A stretch of DNA of 64,000 nucleotides, from NCBI GenBank assembly GCA_010015805.1, contig ML978129.1, positions 744,001-808,000 on the forward strand. The letters run 5' to 3'. This stretch comes from Rhizodiscina lignyota (taxonomy: Eukaryota). The position numbers and the translations under genes are program-made. Positions 47,021 to 59,210 of the stretch are shown one piece after another. Every line of letters begins with the position of its first letter. Within the stretch, counting starts at the first letter, position 1. The notes beneath the pieces were generated by a model. That model did no database searches and was not told where the DNA came from. It saw nothing but the letters and a program-made list of their open reading frames with translations.

Positions 47021-48567
47021 TGTTCTGGAACAATGGTCGCAGTGTCGGTCAAAGGATTTCGTGGTTTTCGAGAGCGGTCGTCGTGCGCTCGGGATGCAGC
47101 GGTTCCGCAGGAAGGATCAAGACCGGTTGATCATTAAGCGAATTTTGTAGGCTTTGCAATGCAAGATAGCCCGCGGATAGTAATTGTCTGTGAATGGCTG
47201 GATCTGAAACTCGAGGAAGTTTTGTGGAAGTGGGATGCGCCGATCTATTGTTGGAGGCTAGACAATAGACATTAAAGGACAATAATGGACAATGAATACG
47301 ATAACACAATCCCTCAACACAGAGAACTGCGCAAAAATGTGAAGAGATGGAGAGAATCGAGTATATGAATGCCAGGAAATACCAAAGATACTTTTGATGA
47401 ACATAGTGTGGAACGAGATCCGCATGAGCATGAGCACGGGATTTCGCCTACGCAGGCTTCCAGAGCCTCTTGACCAGCTTGGAGACCAAGCTTTACTGCA
47501 GGATTGGCGGATCAGAGCTCCGATTCGTTGCCATTCTTCCGTTCATAAGCATCTAAATGGAGTGCAGGCATTCCGAAGCTTCTGTATCGTGAGTCATAGC
47601 GGTTAAGTGGTGGTAGGATCTCAGCCGGTGGCGACCAGCGGAGCTGTCGTACGCATGGGCGCCAACATCGATCTCCACCGCGCTGAACTTCATATCGGCA
47701 GGATTCCAATGAAGAAGGGCCAAACAGATCGAGTGGATATACGTTCATGTTGGTGTGTACGTTTGATGTACGCTGGAAACCAATGAGAGGGCTGCAACGG
47801 AGGGTCGGTCGTTGGTTTTGACGCTCAGGTGAAGCGTTAGCCGCCGGCCGCAGACGCGACATGGCTAACCTGTTTCAGCATGGCCTACAACGCGACCGCA
47901 CGTGATTTTCACTCCCCTCTCTACATCAAGCTAGAACGGCGGAGTCAGCCTTCTGAGTCACTCGCATGCAGGTCTGCATGCATTTATGAATGTGTAACCT
48001 CATGTAGAAGCGTCTCCGAGGACCGGACGGTTCTGTAGGAACTCTATTCTCCCGCTGTCACTTTGCATGCATTGCCAACACTTCCCGACAGCGATCCATC
48101 TGCATGTATACCACATCCATCACTTCCACAACCAAAGCCACCACGACAAAAAGCCTGGGACCCTTAAGGCATACTGGCTAAGGCAGCTTCTGAGTTCTTC
48201 CTTTTGAATGGCCTATCCAACGCACTCAGGGCGTCAGGCTTGTTCCATTCGTCTACTCATGTTGCTGCCATCCAACCACGTCTCTGTAGTAGAGAGGTTC
48301 ATGCAAATTCAGCCTTCCGAAAAATGATCTGAAACTTCTTCGCTTCGCGCGCTCGTCGGCTACCAGGACATCATTGGCATATTCCAACAAAGCCAGTGTC
48401 GTGTCCCTGGCGTCCATGCGGACTCCCTTTTCGACTTTCAGCGCAACACCATGAAAGCCTTGGCTGAATATCTTTCGTCAGAGCCGTGGCATATGTCTGA
48501 GTGTTATCACAGCGTCGCTGTTTTATGTTGGAGGCGTACTTCATCTGAAGCATTTTTCTGTTCGTAT

Positions 48568-49890
48568 TCAGACTTTACGCCGTTTGCACTGAGCTGCAAC
48601 GACACTTATGTCGTCCAATTTGCCTGAAGCATATTAGCAAAATTCCCAGCCTTTTGATGCAGGTTACATACCGCCTTCAATGGATAAGCCTTCCTCAATA
48701 GCTTTTTCCATGAACGGGCTCTCAGCAAATGGATCCTCGGCGATTGTTCTCGCAGCTTTCACAAGCTCTGTTGCAACAAACTTCATCCCGTCGGCGAATG
48801 TCCTCTCGCCGGGTTCAACGCCGTGTCTGAGTAGTCCCTCAGCTTCTCCATTGTTCCATTTGTTCATACTGTCTACAACACTCTCAGCCACCTCATGATC
48901 CCAGAGGTTATCCACAACCCCGTCAGACATGGCCAGCACCACATCATCTTCCTCTATTACTATCCTATCCATGACCGCATTCTTCTCTGGCGTGTCTGGT
49001 GAGTTTGTGCCCAGCTGACGGGGACAATCGAACCAATGCCACTGCTCTGTCGTCTTGAAGATGATTTGGCGATCGCGAGGGCGAACTACCATGACCTGGC
49101 AGTCGCCAAGTTGAGTGATGTATACTACAGGGCGAGGAGGTTTGCTAGAATCCGCGGTTATGAGGGCGCTGCACGCAGTGGTCGTACCGAACCATTCGTT
49201 CGGCTGGGATGTGGCTTCCTTCGTTCGCTCGAATGCTCGTTGGAGGTATGCAACGGTGTCTGGCTCGGAAGTTCCGCCATAGCCATCGTTCTCTGCTTCT
49301 AGAGCCCAGAAGTGCAGAATCAAGCGCGACCATAGCCTAGGCGCTTCACCTTTAGCGATTGACCATTCAATTTACATCAAAGAATTCTGTCTCTCCACTT
49401 ACGCTGCGTGTCCCTTCTCCCTCTCCGCCCATGCTCCAACTCCATCATTAGCCCCAATGAAGTTGTCGCTCACGAGCACTGCATCATCACCATTCGTGAC
49501 ACCCCTTATCATCTCCCCATCGACCTCTGCTACCCCACTCCTGCGATCGCGACTCTGATGATGCGTGCTCAGCGGGTCTGAGAAGCTTCCCGAAGGCGGG
49601 GATAGAAATGGCGGCGGGAACGGTCGCGAGGGTCGCTTCGCGAACAGCGCGTATCCGGCCTCGAAGTAAAATGGCGACTTCGACTTCGGTAGAGCCGTGT
49701 CAGTGGGTACGGGAGTGGTAGTACCAACGCGTGGTTCACGTTGGGAGCGCCGATGGGATGCGGAGGCAGAGGCGGAGGAGTATCGGAGGAGGCATCGTGC
49801 ATGCTGGTTCACGAAGACGCTGCGGGAAGTGCACACGGTCGTGGGTCTGGCGCCGGCGAGGAGAGAAATGACCAGGCGCAGTTTCGGCAT
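48568..49890 (-). CDS. PTC7: Mitochondrial PP2C phosphatase Ptc7/Azr1-like
   Basis: Arg-rich presequence, NGDDA, ANDGVGAW, intron 49402-49337, then GTTTACSA, LGDC, EQWHWFDCPRQLGTNS, SDGVVDNL and (after a last intron) GKLDDISVV. Confidence 0.9.
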
Positions 49891-50530
49891 TCCAGCGGAG
49901 CTCGCGCTGAAGAGCGCTGGGTGAGGACGGGGTGGTTTGGAGAGCGCGCCCTGCAGAAAATATGGACGATCTTTATCGGTTATGTCTGGGGATGCGAATG
50001 CACCCTGGCCCGTTTATGCATGGGTTGGATGGAGAAGGATTGCACGTGGCACCGCGATTGACTAAAGGGGGCCGTAATTCATAGAATGGAGATTAAGGGG
50101 ATGGCAGTCAGGTAAAGAGGAGTATGTCGGCATTAAAGATTATTTTGGTGAGGGGATGACGTTGTAACGTCGACGATACTCTACTACTAAGGAGCTAGTT
50201 TCCGTCGAGCGAACGAGACCGGCGCCTCATTTCCGCGATAACAAGAAGTAAATCTTCTAAGGCAGACCTAGCAAGCTACTCCCTGACGACGTCGAATATA
50301 AGTTCACTAATATGCGGAAGCTACTTGAAGTGCTGAAGGCGACTGTAGTAGAGTAACTCTGTAGAGTAGCTCCTTCGTCGCCCATTTCTTTTCAGCGCAG
50401 ATTGGACTATTTTTTACAAGCGCAATGACTTGTGCTCCGATGTTGAATTCTCCTGGAGGCCTGGTATATATTGTAAATCCCAATGGAAAGCGCCCAACTC
50501 CATCCTAGGTATGCGCTCATTGAGACATCC

Positions 50531-51176
50531 TCACGGCCTCCTTTTGACGAACTCCTCCAAGTCCGCTCGCGTCGCGACGCCCAGCACGAACCTTCGCCCA
50601 GCATCTGTCACAACTGCAAAGTCCTGTTTCTCGCCAGCTGGCCTCATTTCAGAGCCTCCATCAGCATCGTCTCCAAACCCCTTCCCCTCAAAGAACGCTT
50701 CCAGCTCCTCCAATGGCGTCTCCATGGTAATGACCTTGTACCGTCTACCTCTTCTTCTGAACCTGTTCATGGCTTTATGCACCGGGTCCGAGTCCACAAC
50801 CACGCCGTCTTTGAGGAGACCTTTCAATTTTGGGATGGACAGGTAGCCAAGGAGGGAGCGGTTTTCGGGATCAACGACGGTGAGATGAGTGTAGTCGCGT
50901 TCGAAGGCCGAGAGAAGCGCATTGGAGATTGGCGTGATTGGAGATACGGAGAGCGCAGGAGGTGGATCGAGGTCTTCAACTACGGCCTGGGAGAAAGTTA
51001 GCTCACGTAAGTCTATCTGAGTACTCCGTAGGCGGTGATTCCTCGATGGGCATTCATGCAAACGGCCTCGCAGCATGTAGATCCAAACGTACACCTCGAT
51101 ACTTGTCTGCCCATGCGGACATTGTGGAGGCATCCCTCGTCCCATTCACCATGCCATTTGGATGCGGTATTGCCAT
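50531..51176 (-). CDS. CBS-domain protein
   Basis: MAIPHP...WADKYRG, intron 51092-50987, then AVVEDLDPPPAL...AFERDYTHLTVV...FAVVTDAGRRFVLGVATRADLEEFVKRRP. Confidence 0.85.
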
Positions 51177-51407
51177 TGTTGCATTACGGAGTAGTCGACA
51201 AATAATTTCTTGCGAGGCATATGTAAAGTTGAGCTGGGATGTTAGACTCCTCGGATCTGCCCCGCGATCGCCCCACAATGCACGCTAGAGTTGAGCCATG
51301 GAACGGAGAATATTCATCGTTTGATACGTAAATGGCGTGCAAACACATGCTATACAGGTGCTCTATATGCAATGCGCGCCGAAAAGGGGCAATCCCCTCT
51401 GAATCAC

Positions 51408-52676
51408 TCATAACTTCGCCTTCTCTCCCTTCATACAGTCCTGGATCAACTCCCACGACAGCTCCGCCCACGGCTTCATCTGCTGCCCGTACTCCTTCGC
51501 TCTTGGACTACTCGCTTGCCTCAGAGCATATCTTGCCGCAATGCCCTGCATAATAATGCATCCTCTATAGATTCCGAACGCCTCTCCCCAAGTCAGATCG
51601 GGCCTTGGGTCGTAGCCAGACGCATCCTGATACCATTGTATGCACTCTTCCTTTGTTGGAAGCCCTGGACAGGCGCCTTTCTGGAAAGCTTTATTCATAC
51701 GCCCGATTTTAGCTGCGTACGGTGACTCGGCCGTCGTGAAGGGGTTTAAGAGGTTGGTAAGGTCGGAAAGAGGATGGCCTATTGTCGCCAATTCCCAGCT
51801 GCAAAGCATTTTCAGCATGGACTCATTGAACCCCACGCAACATTGAACTTACTCTATAACTCCAATGACACGGGGCTCTGTCTTGTGAAACACCATGTTG
51901 TCTATCTTATAGTCGCCGTGAACAAATGTGCTCCGGTCTTTTGGCTGTGTTTTTGGATCGCTGAAGAACGCTACCATCTCTTTGAAATGGGGAATCTCTC
52001 CAACCGGAACCTTTGTCTCGATGTCGATAGCCTTCGCTTGTGCGGCGGATATGGTGTTGAATGTCTTGAGTTGCCGATTAAAAAAGCTCCAGTGCTTGCC
52101 ATAGTTCGAAAGGTTGACATCTGCGGGTTTGACTTTGTGGTACTTTGCTAGAGTTTCGACAGCGTCTTTCCACCTAGTTATGAGGTTAGAGCTGAACATG
52201 GCCGGATCTCGCAGTGGGCCAGCTCACATTATCCGCCTTTCCTCTGGGCTGACGCCGGGTATTGACGGATCTTGGAATATGCGTCCATCCAGAAAAGACA
52301 TTATGTAAAAGTCGGTGCCAATGACGGTAGGATCTTGACAAAGGCATATCGCTCTCGGTACAGGTACGTCGGTCTGCTCCATGGCGTGTATTATCCGATA
52401 CTCGCGGTCGACTTTGTGCGCCGTCGCAGATAGCAGCTGCCCCGGAGGCTTTTTCCTCATAACAAACTTCTTCCCAGCATTGTCGATGATCTGATATGTC
52501 GGATTTGATTGACCATATCCGAACTACGCGCAGGTCAGAAGATATAGAAAGAAACATCAATCTTGTGCTCTTCTTACCTGCTTCAAGTCAATGGGAGTTT
52601 TGATTTCCGGGGCATTGGAGGCAATGTAGCGCTCCAAAGACTTAATATCAATCGGCTGCCGTATGGGACCAGCCAT
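51408..52676 (-). CDS. APH/choline-kinase-fold phosphotransferase (ACAD10/11 N-terminal-like) with PTS1
   Basis: [43 protein letters not shown] and [14 protein letters not shown] across three introns. C-terminal AKL. Confidence 0.9.
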
Positions 52677-53419
52677 AGCTCCGTTTGTCCCAGGCAAGTT
52701 GCGGTGTGGGAGCGAAGAAATCCATCTTTGAAGGTTGACGAGGCGATACTTCGACGACGGTCAGCCGAGGTTCCTGGAATGGAACGCCCCAAAAGCATGG
52801 CTTCTCCAGGTTTTCAGGGATAGCCGGAGGAAGATGGCGGCGTTTTTCGGTGAAATGCGCAGAGCTCCGACACTTCTCCCATTGCAAGCTTACTGTGAAC
52901 ACGCGTGACGCGCAGGGAGCTGATGTATCAGAATGATTCGAGTGCGCCCACGACTGTCTACGGGCGCAGACCGCAACTTCTAAATGAGCTGGCACGTGAT
53001 GTCGACGCGGTGGTGCAGGTGGTAATTGGATGGGCAGGGCTGAAGTCGCTTGTAAGCAAATCTGCGAAATTACCTGTTTATTGGATATAACGTCGAGAGT
53101 CTCCTCGACTCGCAAATGCTCACTATTTTCTCTCCAAAGCAGCCACACAGAGCGCGTCACACTGGCCCGAATATTCCTATTCGTCCACGTCGCCGAAATA
53201 GATACTGGCCGCTTGTACTCCTGAACTCCTGGCCACTTACTCGTATCCCTGATGCTGGCTTTGCGACACACCCCCATAAACAAGCCATCCCGAACAGAGA
53301 ATCTACGGGCTTGAGTGCCCCGTTACAGCAGGAGGCCGCCTGCACGCCGCAAGATTGCGCACTGCTCTAACTGAGCAAAGGATTTTAGGACGTGACACGA
53401 GCCGGGAGTCGATCAAGCA

Positions 53420-55974
53420 ATGGCTTTGCAAACGCCCCGTCGATTGCCTGGCCCGGGAGGGCGTCCGTCGCTCGCACACCAGTCTGTAAATACCGCATCA
53501 AGCCCAAACCTCAACCTCTCGGCTCGGTCTGCTCTCGCGCACAAGCAAAGCCTAAATGCCTTGACAGCTGGCCAGCACGGTGTAGCAATGAACAACACGC
53601 ACTCCTTCACGCCAGGCAAGATGCTCGGCGGTGATGGGAGGGAGCTGGAGCTAGGAGATACCGTCGACGTCCCGGGTGGCATGCACGGGGTAATTAAATT
53701 CATCGGGAGCGTAAAAGGAAAGAAGGGCATGTTTGCGGGCGTGGAACTGTCCTCCGAATTCGCTTCAAAAGGCAAAAACGACGGAGATGTCGACGGGTAC
53801 GTCTTCCCCGTGCTACACAGCATCTGCAAGTACCTGCACGATGCCATGAGTCGGGAGTTGCCCTGACAGCATTTGGACATGCATTTGATTACTGACAGTG
53901 TTGACTATCTAGTGTACGGTACTTTACCACCTCACGGCCTGGAGCAGGCATATTTCTACCCACACATCGCGCGTCGAAACGATCGTCTCCTTCGCTGACA
54001 GCAGACACGTTTCCTCCCACACCGACTACTCCTTCGTTTGCCAACTTCAATCTGAACGGAACCGATCCAGAACCTACAAGCATCATGCCGAAGTTCTCAC
54101 AGTCAGTGGGACCAGGAGCACGCGCTCCAAGTCCAGTGCTCAAGCCAAAGAGACCGTCTCTACCTCGTCCCGAATCACCGTTCAGAAACAAACCTACCCT
54201 CGCACCTACACCAGGGAGAGGCCCATCACTTGGTCCTGCGTCGTTCTCGAAGAGCCTTTCGGGTGCCAGCACGCCACGATACTCACCGAGTCCCGGTATT
54301 GGCAAGCTTGGGCCAAAGGCAAGGACACCCACATCCTCCCGACCATATTCGAGAAACAACTCTCGGTTAAATAACCACACACCGATCAGCGAGGATGGAG
54401 AGAATACTACTCCAACTCCTGCTTCTAGAACGAGCGACCCTACGAGTAATTCCACCCCGAGAGCTCGAGCTATGTCGAATGATGAAGAGGTGAAACGGTT
54501 GAAGACAAAGCTGGATGATAGAGACCACCAGTTGAAGGAGCAAGCAGCCAGCTTGGCAGACATGGAGACCAGTCTCTCGGAACTACAGAGTCTCATACCA
54601 GACGCAGGCACACCTAAACTTATGCGGGGAAACAGCTTCGATAACAACTCAGACGCAGCTCAATTGCGAATCATGCTACGAGAGAAGAACGAAAGGATTG
54701 CTATGCTCACTGCAGAGTTTGATGCTCATCGCGCAGACTTCAGGAGCACGATCGACACGTTAGAGATGGCGAGTACGGAGACGGAGCGCGTGTACGAGAA
54801 GAGGATCGAGGAGCTCATGCAAGAAGTACGTGACATCCAAGAGCGAGGCAACGACGTCGACACCGTTGCACTACAACTCAAGCAATTGGAAGAGCTCGTA
54901 CAAGAGCTAGAGGAAGGCTTGGAAGATGCACGACGCGGTGAGGCTGAGGCACGTGGCGAAGTCGAATTCCTTCGTGGTGAAGTTGAGCGAGGTCGTTCTG
55001 AGCTCAAGCGTGAGCGCGAGAAGGCTGCTGCAGCACTCAAGGGAGCTAATACCGCAGTTGACCCCTCGAAGCGCGACTCAAGGGAAGTGGAACAGCGGGA
55101 TGATGAGATCAGGGGACTGAAGGCTATTATCCACTCGTTGAGCTCCGGTCCAGACTTGGCCTCACCGAGAACGGAAATGCCACCATTAACCAGGAACGCA
55201 ACCTATCCGGGTCCACCGTCGGAGGAAGTGGCATCGATGCAAACGAATCTCGAGCGGCTCGAGCGTGAGAAGAAGGAACTCCAAGGTCTTATTGACAGAA
55301 AAACCTTCCGTGAAGAGGAACTGGAGCGTGAGCTCGAGAAAGCCCGTGGAACGCCGCTCGACAACCGTTCGAGCGTGATCTCCGATAAGACAGCGACGCA
55401 GGAGAAGCGCTCCTCGGCTAGAGACAGCAAAGGGACAGTGCTAAGCTGGCGCAACGCCAATTCACCAGGCTTTCACAAGCGCGGGAAGAGTAGCCAAATG
55501 AACATCGCTCTTGAACCAATGGCGGAGAGCGAAGTTGGCAGTAGCATTGGTGAAGGGAGCAGCGCGACGCTCTGGTGCGAGATATGTGAGACTGGAGGCC
55601 ATGACATCCTGTCTTGCACAAACATCTCCGGAACTACTGGCGCTGCCACTGGCGCCGTGCAACCTCCCAAAGCCGAAGAGACGAAAGAGGATGGTACTTC
55701 CTCTGCTGAAAAATCGATCAATGACCTCGGCGCTGAGAAGCCAGAGCCTCTTGCTATGGCTCAGAAGACACTGCCGCCACCACCAACGAGTCTACCTCCA
55801 CCCACCAACCCACCGACCGCGCCGCTGCCCAGTGCGCCGTCGCTCCCTAGTCCTTTCGATTCGAACCTCGTGCCAGGAAAGGGCTCGATGATTGCAAACC
55901 CAGTCGAATGGTGCGCCATTTGCGAGCGAGACGGACATCTCGCTATGAGCTGTCCATTTGAAGATCAGTTCTAA
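53420..55974 (+). CDS. CAP-Gly protein, CLIP-170/Bik1/Tip1 homolog
   Basis: CAP-Gly FAGVEL...GKNDGDVDG|VRYF (intron 53797-53912), a long coiled coil, two CCHC knuckles (WCEICETGGHDILSC, WCAICERDGHLAMSC) and an acidic-aromatic EDQF end. Confidence 0.92.
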
Positions 55975-56367
55975 TATCTATGCATTAATTCACTCCAGCA
56001 TCATTGGGTGGGCGAAAGGCGTATTTTCTTTCATTCGTTATGCGCGTAGGATTAAGAAGGATGGGGTTGGGCTTCTGGATTCTCGGCGCGAGCACGCAAA
56101 GATATCCATGTACTTATAGTTTTGGGCGCTTTTTTCACCTTCGGGGACTACCTCGGAGAAGAGTGGTCCGGTACGTCTATTAATACCCAGAATGCATATT
56201 GCGTGTAGAGTATCAAATGAATTGGGACGGCGAACATCTTTGGACTCATGCTTGATTGCGACCTCTACTGCGATTCTGCCTCGAGATGCAAGTATCCCGA
56301 AGAGGTTGGATCGAGCTTCGTGTGCATACAAGGCTGCATTCAGCCTCGTCCTGGCCATGATTCCTTC

Positions 56368-56383
56368 ATATATATATATATAT
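56368..56383. repeat. (AT)8 microsatellite / TATA-like tract
   Basis: ATATATATATATATAT about 50 bp upstream of ATG 56433. Confidence 0.8.
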
Positions 56384-56432
56384 TCATTTACGTCCCAAGG
56401 GGCATGATATTTCCATCCCAAAGTATACTCTC

Positions 56433-58694
56433 ATGACTCTTATCCTTAATACGGCATCGTGGGGCATCTCCAGCATCCAGCTGGGGCTGAACGAGATCGC
56501 CTCTGCTGTCACAATCAGCAAATTCTGCGGCTCAGTTTTTACCAGACGTGAGAATGCCAATCTTTTTGATATATTTGAATCAAAGTTCAGCATCGACGTT
56601 CCCGAACTGCCAGTTTGGTTAGAGAACATACGTTTCTCGCGCTCTTGCAATGTTCTCGGGGAGCGAATGAGGCGTATCCATATACCGGAAGTTATGGAGG
56701 ACGTCGACAAGTTCAGTCTTTCGGGTGTCGCCACATTTGTAGTATTGTGCACAAGGTTCGTCGAAGATCAGTCAAACATACGCCGACTACTGGAGAACTT
56801 GTTAGTTGGCGGTTTGGGAGGAGTTGTGCGTCGCACCAAAGACAAAGACGAGGACTTCTCTTACAATTCATCCGCTGCAGGGATTGCGTACAGCTTCAAG
56901 CCCCATATTGAGAAGTTCATCTCATCATGCATCGACTCAGATAGGGACTCAGATCAATCGAATCGTTTGAGACAATGGATGGCCCAATTGGCAGAGTACG
57001 GGAGCATTGGGTGGAGGACGACTGATCCTTCCGAGAGAAGATACAAAGCCAGCCTAAGCCTAGTATCGGAGATTATGGGCGGCACTAGTCTCGAAGATGA
57101 TATGGCAAGATGGAATGGAACGGCGACGCTTAGTGAATGGGCACGCGTTCATGATACCCTACACGTCACTTCTGCCTACATTGCGCTTTCAGCAGCCGCA
57201 AACGGAGCTGCTGTAGCAGTACAATGTATGACTGCCAACGGTTGTCGATACTTTCCGGGGGAAATACCCGTAATAGAGAAAAAATCGACGTTCCTTGTTC
57301 GCCTATGGACATGTCAGCCTCCGGAAGACGTGTTGGGCATACTGAGATACTCAAGTGGCAATGACCCAACCGATGACAGCAGCGGCCAAGACGGCAAGGA
57401 ACTAGGGGACTCGGACACCGGCTTCGTCGTCTTTGGGGGTCTTCTTGAATTGGCCATTTGCGTTGCTCAAAAGGTGGATTTTCATCCAACATTGGAAGGG
57501 GAGCCGAAAGAGATATTACTGCAAGTCTGGGGTACAGGGGCAAGAATAGCACACCGTCTCCGCTGGCATGTACATCGAGATGGCCTCTTCTTCCTTCAGT
57601 GGGAGGATCAGTCTACCTTGCCCCCTCAAGCCCTTACTCTTTCCAAGATACTCCAAGCCTCGGATGGAAAGCTCAAAAAAATATCAAGAATTGTTGCAGC
57701 GGCGATACATGATCTATATCGATTGGACGACTATACGAGGCTCTGCGACCCAGAAGGGAGCATGGAGATGCTACCTGCCATGGAGTTTCTTGTGACCGCG
57801 ATTGGTATTGAGAGTCTTCGAAAGCTAGTGTACTCGCGAGATCATCGACTCGACCAATATGCGTTGAGCCTGGCAGCGTTAGCTCCAATATGTGGCGCTG
57901 TGCGAAGATTTACCCCAGAAGCAGTCTCCGAATCGCACGGGATCAGTCCCCAAAGCTTGCTGTGGACAGCAAGCACTATATGGGGAGGTGCAACACTTCG
58001 GTCTCAAGGCTTCTCGCACGTTGACGAATTGGTACTTGGAATCGTTGCTCCGCATTGCACTGTCATTCTTGATATGATCCGAGACCCACAGGCTTTCGCC
58101 ACTTCTCTGGCAGACGGAAAAGTATTTTCCATATGGCATGGTGCAGTACCTATGCTGCCACGAGATCCACAAACTGGCTTTTGCAAATCACCTGCGCGCG
58201 CCTTAGGGGAACCAACAGAACTCCGAGCGGACTTCAAACCAAGAAATAATGGGGGCCTGACTGGTACGAAGGTCATTACCTTTGAACCCTTCTTGGGTGA
58301 TCCCACGCTAAGCGTATTTTGCTGTTGGTATTACGGTAACTTGATCGCGGAAATTCAGCCAGCGAAGGTGTTCAAGAACCTACTAAGGAATCATGATTTT
58401 CATATGCAAAAGGCACGGAAAGGGCACTACACACCACCTGAAAATACACCACCCACCATTCTCATTACCCCATCGGCCCTCTTGGAGATCACCCACTTCG
58501 ATATATCTGATAATATGGTTGCCATACTTGATGAGATGGATCATCCAGGTTGGAGGGTCTACGCGGCGGGCTGTTGTCCTGAAAATATCACATACGTACA
58601 CCATGGAACGAGGGAGACGTTAGATCTAAGCCAATTTGTTAAACCGAGGGGGAGGAGAGTAGTAATGATCATACCAGGCAATGGGGAAAGCTAG
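56433..58694 (+). CDS. Hypothetical protein (753 aa, intronless)
   Basis: Long uninterrupted ATG-initiated ORF with globular-protein composition. No motif recognised. Confidence 0.75.
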   Translation: MTLILNTASWGISSIQLGLNEIASAVTISKFCGSVFTRRENANLFDIFESKFSIDVPELPVWLENIRFSRSCNVLGERMRRIHIPEVMEDVDKFSLSGVATFVVLCTRFVEDQSNIRRLLENLLVGGLGGVVRRTKDKDEDFSYNSSAAGIAYSFKPHIEKFISSCIDSDRDSDQSNRLRQWMAQLAEYGSIGWRTTDPSERRYKASLSLVSEIMGGTSLEDDMARWNGTATLSEWARVHDTLHVTSAYIALSAAANGAAVAVQCMTANGCRYFPGEIPVIEKKSTFLVRLWTCQPPEDVLGILRYSSGNDPTDDSSGQDGKELGDSDTGFVVFGGLLELAICVAQKVDFHPTLEGEPKEILLQVWGTGARIAHRLRWHVHRDGLFFLQWEDQSTLPPQALTLSKILQASDGKLKKISRIVAAAIHDLYRLDDYTRLCDPEGSMEMLPAMEFLVTAIGIESLRKLVYSRDHRLDQYALSLAALAPICGAVRRFTPEAVSESHGISPQSLLWTASTIWGGATLRSQGFSHVDELVLGIVAPHCTVILDMIRDPQAFATSLADGKVFSIWHGAVPMLPRDPQTGFCKSPARALGEPTELRADFKPRNNGGLTGTKVITFEPFLGDPTLSVFCCWYYGNLIAEIQPAKVFKNLLRNHDFHMQKARKGHYTPPENTPPTILITPSALLEITHFDISDNMVAILDEMDHPGWRVYAAGCCPENITYVHHGTRETLDLSQFVKPRGRRVVMIIPGNGES

Positions 58695-59210
58695 GTACTT
58701 AATTTGAAGGCCAATTAGATTACATATCGTACTCTAGGCTAGATCCAATCGTATTTGCATGGCCAGCAACTCGAAGTCGCATTTGAAAGAGGCCAACACA
58801 GCTGTCAGGAACTCTACGGCAAGCTTGTGCAAACATTGAAAGTCCGATGAATCGTTGAAGTTCTGGACAAATTGTTAGATAGGGGTAGTCATCAGTCCAT
58901 TTTGACCTGCCTGCAGTACGGGAACGGGATATTCCGTACGATAAGTACCTACTTGGCAAGCTAGAGCGGACCTGCGTCAGCTTCGGGGGCTATGGTCGGC
59001 GTAGTTGGGACAACTTTCAGACAAGCACTCTCAACCTCAAAGGCAATTCTACGGATTCAGCTTTTACCCAAATTACCCCGCTTGTCTAATACAGTACCCG
59101 GATCTGTCTCTTACCTACCGTTCAGGGCATTGAATACCCTGCTAGAGTAACCATTTGGCTCCTCCGCGAGCAAGCGCAAAAGTGCGCTCCCATCAGGAAG
59201 ACAGTCAATC

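Noticed and set aside
49337..49402. PTC7 intron of 66 nt, recalling the translated retained intron of yeast PTC7
   Set aside because: Retention gives an immediate in-frame TAA, so no extended isoform would be made.
53889..54647. Long antisense ORFs opposite CLIP-170 (and similar ones opposite VPS8, BUD16 and ENV7)
   Set aside because: These are shadow frames of real genes with no independent coding signal.
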